42,894 nucleotides of DNA, taken from positions 1 through 42,894 of the forward strand of contig NW_024705456.1 of the NCBI RefSeq assembly GCF_018977255.1, given 5' to 3'. Origin of the DNA: Callorhinchus milii. Lineage: Eukaryota. The notes beneath the pieces were generated by a model. It had not been told where the DNA came from, searched no databases, and worked only from the letters and a program-made list of their open reading frames with translations. The translations under genes were made by a program, and so were the position numbers. How positions within the stretch are numbered: the stretch's first letter is position 1; each line of letters begins with the position of its first letter. Shown here piece by piece: positions 21,760 to 34,470 of this stretch.

Positions 21760-22297
21760 ACTCGTAGACTCCTCCTTCCGCAGGCTGCAGATAATCCAGA
21801 ACTCTGCAGCACGTTTCTTCCCCGAAACAAACTCCGTGACCCCATCTCCCCGACACTCACCCGACTCCACTGGCTCCCTATCCCTCAGCGGAGCCGGCTC
21901 CAGCGCCTGGTCCTCACACACAAAGCTCTCCATGGCCACGACCCAGCCTGCTTCTGCAAACTCATAACCCTCTACCAACTAATGCATTGCATCCGCTCAG
22001 CCGGCTCCCGTCGCTTAAATGCTCCACCGTTGGCAGGAGAGCCTTCAGCCACTCTGACCCCAACCTCTGGAACTCCATTCCCCAAACACTCAGCATCGCT
22101 CACTCGTTAGCCTCCGTCCCGTCCTCCTTAAAACGCTCCTCTTCGAGCATGCCATCGCTCCTCCCCCCACAGCTTTCCAACCCTTCCGTTCCCCCCACTG
22201 ACCCCAGATCAGGTCTGTAATTCTGTACAATGTCAAACGCCTTGGGACGTCCTGCCGACGTGAAAGGCTCTATGCAAATTTAACCTTCCTGCTGTTG
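21760..22297 (+). mobile_element. Old L2 3' fragment
   Basis: RLQIIQNSAAR...HWLP...TVGRRAFSHSDPNLWNSIPQ, followed by the stem-loop cgccttgggacgtcctgccgacgtgaaaggc. Confidence 0.85.
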
Positions 22298-22326
22298 TGG
22301 AATCTCTCTCTCTCTCTCTCGCACAG

Positions 22327-22641
22327 ACCAGACTGAGTTACGGCTGGTGAATGGATCTCACTCCTGTTCGGGCCGGGTTGAGATGCTGTTTATGGGGCTG
22401 TGGGGCACAGTGTGTGACGATAATTGGGATTTGGCTGACGCTGATGTTGTTTGTTCGGAGCTGGGCTGTGGGCCGGTGATCGCTGCGGTGACCAGTGCGA
22501 TGTTTGGAAAAGGAAAAGGTCAGATCTGGCTCGATGACGTGGCCTGTGTCGGTAATGAGTCCCACCTGTGGCGATGCCCCGCGAGAACCTTGAGCCAACA
22601 CAACTGTAATCACGGCGAGGACGCAGGTGTGGTGTGTATGG
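22327..22641 (+). CDS. SRCR domain exon 3 (canonical 8-Cys group B)
   Basis: (ct)n gcacag|[19 protein letters not shown]...[24 protein letters not shown]...[19 protein letters not shown]...[15 protein letters not shown]|gtaagt; 315 nt, phase 1/1. Confidence 0.96.
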
Positions 22642-22669
22642 GTAAGTAAATTCCTCCATCTCGTTCTCA

Positions 22670-22823
22670 ACGTCTCTGTCTGTCTCGCCTTCACTTTATC
22701 TGTGTCTCTCAGACTTTCAATCTCCTTGCTTTCTCACGCTCTATCTCTTCTTCTCAATCTTTCTTCTGCTTTCTTTCTTTCTCCTGCATTCTTTCTTTGT
22801 TTGTTTCTTTGTTTGTTTCTTTG

Positions 22824-22854
<31 letters not shown>

Positions 22855-24180
22855 ATTTCTTTGTTTCTCTCAGTTTGTCTCTCTGTCTCTCTTTCTCTCT
22901 GTAGCTCACTGTCCTCCATCTGTCAATTCCTCACTCTCTCCATCCTATTTGTGCCAAAAAAACAAACAGACACTGCACTACACAGTGTATACTCTGAAGT
23001 TCATTGAGGCGTCTCGAACATGTGATGGGACGTTTTAATATATGTAAATATTCTCTCGCTCTTTCACACTCTCTATCTCTCTCTGTCTCTTTCTCTCTCG
23101 CCATTTCTCTGTCTCTCCGTATATAATCTTATAGAGTGGTGGAACAGCTTCGAGGGGCTGAATAGCTTAGAAAGTTTCCGAGTTTCCAGTATATATTTCA
23201 AAATCTCCATCACCCAATTTCACTATCTTTCCATGTGCTGCACGTCTGCTTCTCTCTATGCTATTTGCCCATCCTCTCCCCTTTTAGAATCTCTCCATCT
23301 CTCCGCCCACCAAACTCCATATCTCTGCATATATCTCTCTCTCTCTCAATCTCTCTTTCAATCTCTCGCTTTTTCTGACTCTCTCCATCTCACGTTTAAG
23401 TCAAATTTTCTCTCTTCCCCTCTCCCAAACTTTCTCTCCAGGAATTCGTTGAGTGTGAGCTCCTCTTTCGTGTCTCACACTCAGTCTATCTGTCAATCAC
23501 CCAAGAACTCCATCCTTCACTATTACCCTCAGTCTGTCCCTCCGTCTCTATACCTCACTACATCTCCCTCCATCCATTCAATCTCTCGCCACCTAATCGT
23601 CTCCCTACATCTCAGTATATTTCATTCTTTACATCTCTCACTCTCTTCCTCTGTCCCTTTCACTTTCTCTCTACAATCCGCCGTCAGTTTGACACACACT
23701 CTCTCTCCATCCATCACACTACATACCTCCTTCCATCTTTCTTACACACGCTTCATCTGACTCTGTACCTTCGCTTGACCCTCTCACACGCATCCCCTCC
23801 ATCTCCCTATAGTCATTCTACGCCTCCCTTCTCCTCTAGCACTCAATCTCTCGAACCATCCCTCTCATACACTCTCCATCCGTCAATCTGAAACACTTTG
23901 TACCACCCTGCAACTCTCTCACACTTTATATCCAACAACCCTTCTCTGTATCCGACTCCGTCGCTCTCACGCTTTCTCTCACAATCTATCATGCTCTACC
24001 ACCCTGTGTACCTCTCACACTCATTCTGTCCATTTCCTTCAAACTCCCTCAGCCTCATTCACATTCCCTCTGTCACTCACTTTCATGCAGCCCTATTTCC
24101 CTCTCGCATTCGCTCCTTGCGTCTGCTAATCTCGACCTACCTTCGCACATCTCATAATCACTTTAGCTGTCCATCACTCT
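22670..24180. repeat. CT-rich low-complexity intron sequence including (CTTTGTTT)n-like runs
   Basis: Seen directly. Confidence 0.85.
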
Positions 24181-24183
24181 ATA

Positions 24184-24730
24184 ACAACAACAACAACAAG
24201 ATTCCATTTATAAAGCGCCTTTCACGTCAGAAGGACGCCCCAAAGCGCTGCACAGTTGGGTCATGACCCGAGCAGGGGGGAAATGGTCAGGGGGAGGGAA
24301 GGGAGGGATAGAGGAGGGGGGAAATGGTCAGGGTGAGGGGAGGGAAGGGAGGGAGCGAGGAGCGGAAGAGAGTCGAGAGGGGAGCTGAAGGCACGGTCAA
24401 AGGGAAAGGTTTTGAGACAGGCCTTGAAGGAGGAAAGGGAGGAAGCAAGGCGAAGGCACTGGGGAATGGAGTTCCAGAGCCTCGGGGCTGAGAGGCTGAA
24501 GGCCCGACCACCGATGGTAGGGCGGTTGGGGCGGGGGACGTGGAGCTGACCGGAGCCAGAGGAACGGAGGGTACGGGCAGGTAGGTAGGGGGATAGTAGG
24601 TTGGAGAGGTAGGAGGGAGCAAGGCCGTGAATGGCCTTGTAGGTGAGGATGAGGATCTTGAAATCAATCCTCTGGGGGATGGGGAGCCAGTGGAGGCGAG
24701 TGAGGGTGGGAGTGATGCGGTCCCGAAGCC
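24184..24730 (-). mobile_element. Young 5'-truncated L2 with apparent 7-bp TSD CTATAAC
   Basis: (CAA)n tail; ORF LRDRITPTLTRLHWLPIPQRIDFK...; CTATAAC at 24179-24185 and 24730-24736. Confidence 0.95.
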
Positions 24731-25287
24731 TATAACTATCCATAACTGCAGCTTTCACGAGCACACTCAGTCAAGCTGTCCGTGGATCCAAACGTCCTCT
24801 GTCAATTTTATACTCACACGCTCGATTCGTTTTTCTGGATCTCTCTTTACCGCGCTTGCACACCATCACACCTCCATTACCTCCCAAACACCAAGTTGCA
24901 GCTCACACCCTCTATTCCTCACTCACACCTTCTCAAACCCTCAATCCTTTTATCACACTTTCCCTCATGTGAAGGTCTAGACTTCCACTCGATTGTGGTT
25001 ATAAACCTGTCTGAAGAGAACACAGATGTATCAGATTGAATTCCACTCATGCTTTCGCTGGTTGAAACTATATATTGCCCCAGTCCATGGCGAGCTTCGA
25101 AGTTGTTCCCCTGTCCTCTGTGAGGCAACGATTTGATGTTTCCCCTCAACCATTTCCCCAACACGTAGTCCTGACGCCTCCTACAGTCCATTGAAAAAGC
25201 AAATGGTCACTGTTACTGGGACCTCATCTCTGTATGTGCCACAAAGCGAGTGTCTGTGAGATTATTTTTATTGTGTTTTAATTCCAG

Positions 25288-25572
25288 ATCGGCTCCGGAA
25301 ACCCACCCTTTCTCTGAAACTAGATTCCCGGATGTTTGTGAGAGGAGAATTCGCTGAGATCTCATGTTCTGGGAATTATCCTGGCAGCAATTTCTCTTTA
25401 TACAGAGACGGCGAGTTTATCACATCACATTCAACTCCAGGGAATACTACCATAGCAATATTCACCACATCGGAGATCAGTAGAGGTCATTACTGGTGTA
25501 AATATACCATACGCGTAGACGGCCGAGAGTTCGCATCACCAGAGAGTGACCGAGTGGGAATCACTTTGCGGG
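25288..25572 (+). CDS. Ig-like domain exon of LILR/IGSF1/A1BG (LRC) type
   Basis: ttccag|DRLRKPTLSL...VRGEFAEISC...SNFSLYRDG...AIF...RGHYWCKY...SPESDRVGITLR G|gtaaga; 285 nt, phase 1/1. The L-x-KP-x-L, F-x-LY(K/R)-x-G, G-x-Y-x-C-x-Y and S-x-x-SD motifs are characteristic of LRC-family domains. Confidence 0.9.
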
Positions 25573-26439
25573 GTAAGAGCTCAGTAAAATCTCACACAAT
25601 AACCTGTATCTGCTTCGACCATTTACAGCAGCTCCTGTTGTAAACACTTTTTGTAACATCGATCATATTTCCAAGTTACATTCGTCTGTCCTCTATGTAT
25701 TTCATCTATATCTTCGCACCCTTGAGCCCCTCTCCGCCATTCTCGCCATTCTCTGTCCACTTTTTTTCCACCCATATCCCTAATCGTTCTCACACATATC
25801 GCCAAACACTTGCTCCCACACTGCACACCGTGTCTCTCCCCTCCCCGATTTCTCTCCTCGCACAACCACTCTCACACTCAGTCCTCCATTTTCCCTTCCA
25901 CGCTCTCACCCCACCACTTTCTCTTCTTCCTCCCTTATCTCTCTGCTTCCGTCCACCAAACAATATCATGCCCCCACCGATATCCCCCCTTCTGTACTCG
26001 AGAGGCGGGACAATCTCGGCTCATCATTACCTGTGGGTGTTAACTACGAATCAATGAAAGCCAAACCCCAGACTGTGCATATAAATTGGAACTGATTTCG
26101 CTGTTAGTCAAGCTTTCCCAATGTTTGCGCACCTAGAATCAGTTAGGTATTTGCTTTGCATGGTTAACAGAAGCTGAGTGGTAAGATTTCCTCCCACATT
26201 GACTAATCTGCTCTTTCAGGTCCCACCGGTCAGCCACACTGTTCTGCAATCAGCAATGCTTTGGAATAATATGTACCCGCCTGGCTCGTTCAAGGAACCA
26301 ATCGGTATTGATTTATTTCTGACATTCCAGCTGCATTTACCCCTCCTCCCACCGAGTGCAACATCACTTGTCATTTATTTGAGACCTAGCAAGCCCAGGT
26401 TTGAGCATCGCTGTTAGGGGAACTCAAAACAGACATATT

Positions 26440-28240
26440 ATTATCTGTTTACATTATGTTGATTTCTTCAATCATGTATCGCAGAGAGTCGATGAAATTA
26501 ATGCAGTTGATGTTGTACAGGTGCACTTTCAAAACACGTTTGATAAAGGGCCACATAATAGACAAGTAAGCAAAATTGACGCCCATGGGAACATGGATCT
26601 AAAATTATTCGGGAGACAGAATGTTGAAGTTAGCGGTGAAGGATTTTTATTCGTAGGTTGGAATGAGGTATTCACTTGTATCCCTCAGGGTCGCGATTGT
26701 GACCAAATCTATTTTGACCTAAATCGATGGCATGGAATTGGACATAAGGAGCAACCTTTTAATGTTTGCCGATGACACAAATCTTGTAAACGTTGGAAAA
26801 AGTGAGTAGGATGGTAGCTGACTGCAGGAGGTCAAAGACAGAATGACGAAATGGGCAGCCGCATGAAAGAAGCAATTTGGTGCATTGAAGTGTGAATTGA
26901 TGCACTTTAGGTAGAGGATTGAGGAGAGATAACACACAATAAATGGTAGAGGCTTAAAAGGGGCGCAGAGTAGAGAGACTTGAAGTTTCAGATCATCCAT
27001 TCCGTGAACGTGGCAGCATAGGTTGGAGATTTTTTTTAAGAAGCGTATGTGATACACGGCTTTACCAATAGGGGTGTAGAATAACAATATTAGTGAGATT
27101 ATGCTGAACATTTGCAAATCTCTGGTTAGGACTTAGATGGAGTATTGTGTCCAAATCTGTGCACCACAGTTTAGGAAGTATGTCAGGGTCTTGGAGTGGG
27201 TGCAAAGGAGATTTATCAGAATGGTACTAGGATTGAGGGACTTCTCCTTTCTAAGCGTTCATTGATTTTCATGTTCCTGCTGTGAAGTAAGGACTTACAC
27301 AAATGTTGTACTCTTAATCAAGATTTATTAATTCAGATTAATATTGATTATAAGTAATTAGAAGAAGATATCAACTTCTGGTTACGTATCCATATATACT
27401 GTGGTTCACAATGATTTAAATTTACCAAACTAAACGCTGCTATAGAGATAGAGGAGCAGTGTCCAATTACTCACTGGAATCGAAATATAAGTCCTGAAAC
27501 TTGTATTGATATACAGTTTCACCCAAATGTATCCAGGTATTATTGTATGTTTAGTATTGTTTGAACCGCAAACTTCACCTTCCTTCGTTAGAAGCTGGAA
27601 TATAGTTCACAACAACAAATCTAATTTCTTCCTTACACATTTTTCTTTCGAATCGGTCACCGTTTATACTGTTGATTAGGCGACGTTTCACCTATTATTT
27701 TTCTTGCAAGGCTCCTATGTAAAAACAAAAGCAACATAGCTGTCTCCAGCTGCAGACCAATTTTCCATGAGAAAATGACTGATAAGCAATGGAAAACGTT
27801 TGTTATTTATAAGAAGCCTTTTGTTTTCTCCTCATTGTGGAAAGATAAACTTCGAAGATCGTCACAACTAATTCCCCTCATAATGAGGATGACCATATGT
27901 CTCAAATATATGAACATCGCAAATATAATTTAAGGTATTTTTTAACACATTAGCTAAGGAAATCCTACACCTTGCAAGAGATATTTAAGATAGTCGACAA
28001 AAGAAGCAGAGGGGAGACGAGGAGAAATTTTTAAATTCAGAGATTTGTTATGGTATTGAATGCACTGCTTGAAAGTCTGGTGGAAACAAATTCGATAAAG
28101 GCTTCCAATATGGAATTAGGTAGTAACTTAAAAAGGAATACAAATTGTGGGTAGTGGGCCTAGCCGGTCGCACTTTCAAAGAGCTGGTACAGGCACGGTG
28201 GGATGAACGGCCTCCTTCTGGCTCAAGAATCTATGATTCA
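26440..28240 (+). mobile_element. Degraded CR1 LINE RT/3' fragments (26440-27250; 27990-28240)
   Basis: RVDEINAVDVVQVHFQNTFDKGPH, FADDT, EYCVQ...ttggagtgggtgcaaaggagattt; 3' end ggatgaacggcctccttctg...tctatgattc. Confidence 0.85.
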
Positions 28241-28853
28241 ATAAAAAGAGGGCATTCGGCCATTGTGCTCCTAATAACCTGATCTCCTCCGTCCAATCTT
28301 CAAACTCGCCTCCTTGCGTTATCTATTTTAAATCTTAGTTGTTGATTTTGCTCTTTCAATGCTCCTATGGTCATCTTTTCCTTCCCGTCTCCCTTGCTTC
28401 TCAGCCAATGGGACACTGCGCAGCGCTTCATGACGCTGTCCTGTGCGAAAGTAATTATGTAAACGCAGGTATTTGTAATAGTCTTATGGATTAGGCGACC
28501 AGAAAATACATTCCATACTGCATTTAATTCGAACAATGGCCAAATGTCCATGTGCATTATTCGATATGAAGGCCTATGGAAAAACATAAAATGCCCAGCA
28601 TAATTGAAAGCTATGGTGTCTATGCCGCTCTATAAAAGTAGAATGCTTTCATCCGTGTTTACCTGTCAACAAAACAAGCCTCATCACAGTGCTTTAGTGT
28701 ATTTATTTGTCGCTATGGAACTTCTTTGAATAATCGAAGTAAGATGATGCGTTTCCCCTTCTGTCGGACACCCGGCTGACAAAATAAAATGCTGTCACTG
28801 GATTAATCAAGATTCAGTCATTGACCAGTGCTGTTTTTGTGTCTTTGTAACAG

Positions 28854-28990
28854 ATTCCTGGTCTACACAGACGAAATTGAACGTTGCTTGCCTCACCATG
28901 ACGATCGCATTGTCTCTAGTAATTCTTGTCCTGGTCCAGATAGAATGCAGACCAATAAAAATACACAGCTGTCAAGAAAAGGTTATATGA
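28854..28990 (+). CDS. Transmembrane/short cytoplasmic terminal exon of the SRCR-Ig receptor
   Basis: tctttgtaacag|DSWSTQTKLNVACLTMTIALSLVILVLVQIECRPIKIHSCQEKVI*. Phase 1 entry, a ~20-aa hydrophobic stretch ending in Glu, and no Tyr motif. Confidence 0.75.
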
Positions 28991-31051
28991 GAAACTTGCT
29001 GACATCTCCACTTATCTCCTCAAAACTCTCAGAATCCATTCCGTCTTCATCTTAAACTCTGCTTCAGGCCACAGCATTTTCTCTTGGTATAATTTACTAC
29101 GTATTCCTTTGCCTAGCACACCTTGATCCACTCACTTTCCAGTTCTGTGTCTTTCTCTTTACCCTCCTTTGGGAGGTAAATTGGGCACGTTTAGGTCTGA
29201 GCGACAAAATGCACCTGACAATAGTAACAATTCCCTAATTTGATATTGAAGCTTTCTCATCAGGAAAACGTCTCAAGCACATTTCATGATGTATTGTCCA
29301 AGGAGTAGGTATTTTTGGAGTAAACGCGACAGCTATTCTGTGCACAGCAATGTCCCAGAATCAGCCTTCAAACAGCAAAAGCACAACACCACATGATTTA
29401 CTTTGAAGGTGAACATACCTATATGATAAAATTACTGTGCTTTGGGTAAAAATTGAGCTGCTGTTTCTATGTGTTCATAAATTAGCACATCAACAGATAT
29501 CAGCAGGTGATGAATTTCCGCTTGGAGGGTAAGGGAATGATTTGAGGTGTCAGAGGGCAATGAATGGAGACTTGCAATGAAAACAATATACAAATACATA
29601 GCGTACTTTACACCAGAAATATGCCTGAAAGTGTTGTATGCAACTGACGACACTTGGAGACAAAATCCTGTCCTCTTCCTCTTCTCTTTTGTGGATATCT
29701 TGTTTCCTCTTCCTTGAAACTTTAAAACTGTCCATTCCACATTGTTGTTTTCACATATCAAATAATAAACACATCATATGTTTCCTGTGATATAGAGACA
29801 TTCGAATCAGGAGAATGTCCCAAAGCGCTTCACAGAATATACTGTTAAGTGCAGTGACTACGAATTTGTGGGTGATCGCAACAGCTAGTTTTCGCAGAGC
29901 AATGCCCACATGTGAAGATTTCCTTGTTTATTGAATGGAATGCGTGCTCTCTTCCTGTGAAACTTGCCGGTCAGTTGTGCTTGGCGTTACAATGGTACAT
30001 AATAGGAATTTATATGTGCTTCTAATGCGTTTTGCCAATACGAAATATTTAGCTGTAATCATTTTAGTCATTTATATTCTGTTAGTCTGTTCATTGTGCT
30101 GTTTTAGTATGTATTTTACCTATACTGGAGGAGATCTAACATTTATATTTTATAGACTTGTTCAAATGAACGTCTGCTAAAAAAATCTGTTATCCTTTAA
30201 TGTGAGACAGCCAGTCGTTTCTCCAGCTGGTCTTCCTGTGGCTATGTTTTCCAGGGACGTTGTCATGACATTTACGTGACGTTTCCTTGATTAATATTTG
30301 TTATTCTTCCTTTGCTTCGTTGGATATGTTAATGAGGAGAAGGAATATAGCAGCAGATATTTTGGATGAGGAGTGGACCCATTAAGCAAGCAGACGGTTT
30401 TGATGGAGAAAAAAGATGACCCGGTTGGTGCGGTGGGATGAGTGCGGGGGCGGGGTAATGTGCGAAGTTGATAAAAGCAAACCGAGCCATCTTATCTCAT
30501 ATTCATATTCTTACTGATACGGTCCAGCTGGGAAGGGATATTTTGATGAGATGGTCTGCATTGGGTGAAAAGCAAGAAGTGTGCGGCTTATTCAAATGTT
30601 TTAAAGTGAGTTTTTTGGAAAGGGGAGAGGAATGAGCAAACAGATCAGTAAAATGCTGTACAGGTTTTGACTGAATGGGCTTAATCTGAACATCTGCCAG
30701 AGGGAAGAAGAAGGAGACAAAAGAGTCAAATTGTCAACCGCTACCTTTCTGTACATGCACACGCTGTACAAACATTTCTTTCAAACAGAACAACCTGTCT
30801 CTGTGAGTTTGATTATATCGCTGTTGGAAATTTGAAAAATAATAGTTTTGTCTTATTTAAGCAGCAGGGATTGTATGTCCTGTTAACATAAACTGTTAGC
30901 ATAACACTGTAAACACCAGGGACTGGTCTGCCCTCCTTGTACTGTCAGTAAGCCTGGTGGGCTTGACTGTCATCAGCAGTACCCGACATGCTCAGGAACA
31001 AGACAATAACAACAGATTATCTGCATACATCACCTGTCAGAGTAGGGGATA

Positions 31052-34000
31052 TGTTAGATTATATTTTTGATCTTTAACACATTTATTTAACCTCCACATT
31101 GGTTTAGAATATAACCTACCCATAATAATTGAATACGGTGTTTGACTTATATGTAAACTGGAAGTTGGACTTGGGAGTGGGGATGGAGGAAAAGATGATC
31201 AGTTAAAGAAGAAGGGTTTAAGATGGTCCTGAAAGGCAGGAAGTGAAGTTCTGATGCAAAGGGACTCTGGGTGGACTTCCAGCGTTTGGGGGCAGGTTGG
31301 CTGAAAGCCCAACTGCAAACGTTGGAATGACTAGTGCAGCAGCCAAGTCAATTATATCTTGATGTTTACTGAATAGCTTAAAGAATTTTAATTAAACTTT
31401 ACATTCGTTTAGAATGTAACGTACCCAAAATTATTTACTACGGAGTTTGGTTTAATTAGTACCTTAGCAGGGGTTGGTGGCAGCTTTGCAGGAGCGGTTG
31501 AGGTTAGCTTCTGATTACATATCAAACTTTCCTGAGAAGATGGTCAATTCCCTGAGATAATGAGCAATCACGTCCTTAAACACAGATGCAAGAACGATAG
31601 ACCACGGAATGAAAACGATGCAGTCTCACACGCCTGCCTATCTCATGGCTAATGAAAATGTGGGCTGTGGAAGGCTACCAAATGTTGTCCAGTGTCTCTC
31701 CCTCTCTCTACATAGCAGCCTTCGAAAATTAGGAGCTCTCTCTATGACGACGGGAGGCGGGGTCAGAAACACATCAGAAAAGATGTAACTTTGAAACGGT
31801 TGTTGTTATTATAGATGGTCAACGCACATCCCAATGGAATCGATATCTATTCCATTGTATCTATGTTTCCAGTTTTACAAATACGTCAAGCTGTTTATAT
31901 TGCTAAATAAACCTTGGAATTCAACACAGCCGTCGTCTCCATCCGAATCTCTTACAAATTGGCGAACCAGCCAGAAGGAGGCTGCGCATTTGATCTAGGG
32001 TTAAATAAATTAGTCAGCTACGTAGAATATCAACATAGATATTCGAAAGGATAGATTTGCGAACGAGTCGATCCGGTCGAAGGAACTGTATTGCAATATA
32101 CATTAGTTAGAGTTGGGACACTAATGCAGATTAAAGTGGCCATGGAAGCTAAAAGGGCTTTCATGAAAAATATGTTCGGGATTGACGGCAAGGACATGTA
32201 ACTACCAATATGACCATAGAGGGTCCGGTATATAAGGAGATAATAGGTCACCCATGTAAAGAAGTTTATGAAGGTCGGAACAACGAGAAGAAAACCTGGA
32301 GATTTGTTGATGTATGTCACTTCTCTCTGCACATTTTTGAGCCGAGAGCATCAGTGGAATGTAGAATGAACTTTCAGACCCAGGAGAGAGAAAGAATATC
32401 GTATTAGCTTTGTAACTGAATTACAGTGTCATCTGGCCACAATGGTTTTGAGTTGATTCAGACATAATTAACCTGGAAAATACAAAACTAAAAAACGAGT
32501 AGGCAAAGCGAAAACATAATTTATCTGATACTAGAGCATCTTTAGAGTGGCTTTACAGAAACATTCCCGAAATCCAGAAAATGAGGCTTGTCAAAGGGTG
32601 TCATAACAAGAAAAGGAAGAACAACTTAGGGAAGAAAAGTTGAGAAGCTAATGGCGCAGAACTGGAATGATGCGGAAGGTATTCATTGGGAACATCTGTA
32701 GGAAAAGGGACGTCTGTTCTATAATCCACCAATAGAATCCCCATCATTACCTACTGATCCCGTTGGGGAAAGGAATGCACCCTCGAACAGCAGCTCATCC
32801 CAGCAGCCGTCATAATAAGAACTGCCACATTTGATGGTGCCGAAGTATCGTACGTTCAACCCATTGTAAATCAGCCGATAGCGCATACGAAGCTAAACGC
32901 CTTGACGTCGAGTTGGGAGCCACGAAATATGGCTCCTGTCCCAGCTGAGCCTACACTATGGTACGGTAACCTTCGGGGCGCCACACGCAGCATAAAGCGA
33001 TGAAGCACATTGGAAATGTATCATGGCTGCATGTTCGTGATATATCGGGGTCGCCACCCCACGTGACTTGCATGCTCCGGCAACTACTGTACAGCAATGG
33101 CAGCGAGATCATTTGGCTTGGGATGAGATCAGGAGTATTTAGTGTGGAAGACTAGTGAAATGTATCACTGATCAAAGGTAAAGTCAACGGTTTTTGCAGC
33201 ATGTATATTCAATGTGTGCAAGCCTTTGGCTGTGGCTTCAGAATTGAATACTGCCACTGATGTTATTGTCAGTCCTATGCATACAGTGGCAGATCCCCAG
33301 TTTAAACTAACGCTCTGGAAAGAGTTTTTGCCGGAAATGAGGGTTTATCTGGTAGGTGGGGATCTTTAAACAAGAATAGGTTATGTTCGGATTGTAAAGA
33401 GACAGCTACAAAGGGAGTGGACATGGAGACGACTCAGAAAAATGATCAAACAGCAGAACGTATCTAAGGCAGGAGGAATGGCAACACTGGAAGGAAACCC
33501 CCTCCAAGGATGTGGCCAGGAAAGGGAAGAGTAAGTTCGGATCCCGGGACAAAATCAGGTGTGTGTTATAATTGCGTTAAAGCTGGTCGTTCGGCCCGCG
33601 CATGTCGGTCAAGGAGAACCGGGAGAACTACCCTCTAGGGAAGCCTCATGGATTGATCATGATGAGGAAATTCTCGAGTTGAGACAGCAAATGGAAAGAT
33701 GCTCTTTTCAACGTTAATAGAAACACGGTGGCCGCGATGAAGAAAAATCACCCACTCCCATCAACACCTGATAGTGAATAGGAGGGGCGCGGGTTCTCCC
33801 CGCATCCGGTAATAAGGTTCTGGCGGGATCGTCAATGCCGGTTGTCACTGTCAGTTACAATGGAGGCCATCGACAGGGAACGTTAACAGACACGGGCTCC
33901 AGCGTTAAACTCATACATACTTTATCACTCTTTGGTCATCCACTGAGCAAAGGGAGACTTTCTGTTTTAACGGGCTTTCCGGTGAATGCTGTACAGGCTT

Positions 34001-34470
34001 CTTTTAAGGATCAGCCAGAAAAGTACAATTACAAGTCATCCTGGTTGTAATTTTGCTTATTCCAACAAGCTTTGTTAAGTCGTTTTGTAGCGAAATGAAA
34101 AGATAAACTGGTCACCTCGAATTGCAAGTGTGATTCCAAAAGAGGTTAATTGATAGACCCAGAAACTAATTTTCTCATTCACAAGATGAGGCCAGTTAGA
34201 TTATATTTCTAATGTTTATGCGTTTTTATCTAAGAATTTTTATTAATCTCTGTATACATTTTGAATAAAATCTACCCATAATCCTCTAATTATCATGGAT
34301 TGATTTAATAACTATTTTAGCAGGGCTTAAAAGTAGCTTTTGTGCACCGGATGAGGTCAGCATCTGATTACATTTCATATTTCTAGGGAAGATGTTCACT
34401 CCACTGACAGAATGAGCAACCAGGACATAAAGGACAGATGAAACAAGAAAGGATCTCAAAAAGGAAAGAC
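31052..34470 (+). mobile_element. Ancient LTR retroelement (ERV/Gypsy-like): LTR, PBS(Arg), decayed gag, protease, pol deleted, partial 3' LTR
   Basis: The LTR ends ...TTACA at 31956, with AATAAA at 31906. PBS TGGCGAACCAGCCAGAAG lies at 31960-31977. Knuckle CYNCVKAGRSARAC at 33564-33605; protease LTDTGSS in ORF 33835-34050. Region 34195-34470 aligns to ~31346-31620. Confidence 0.8.

Noticed and set aside
25573..28853. Additional Ig or stalk exon between the Ig and TM exons
   Set aside because: No open exon with recognisable motifs was found by eye. A very short linker exon cannot be excluded.
31415..31956. LTR defined by TGTAA...TTACA termini
   Set aside because: Similarity to the copies at 31052 and 34195 extends upstream of 31415, so the LTR starts earlier.
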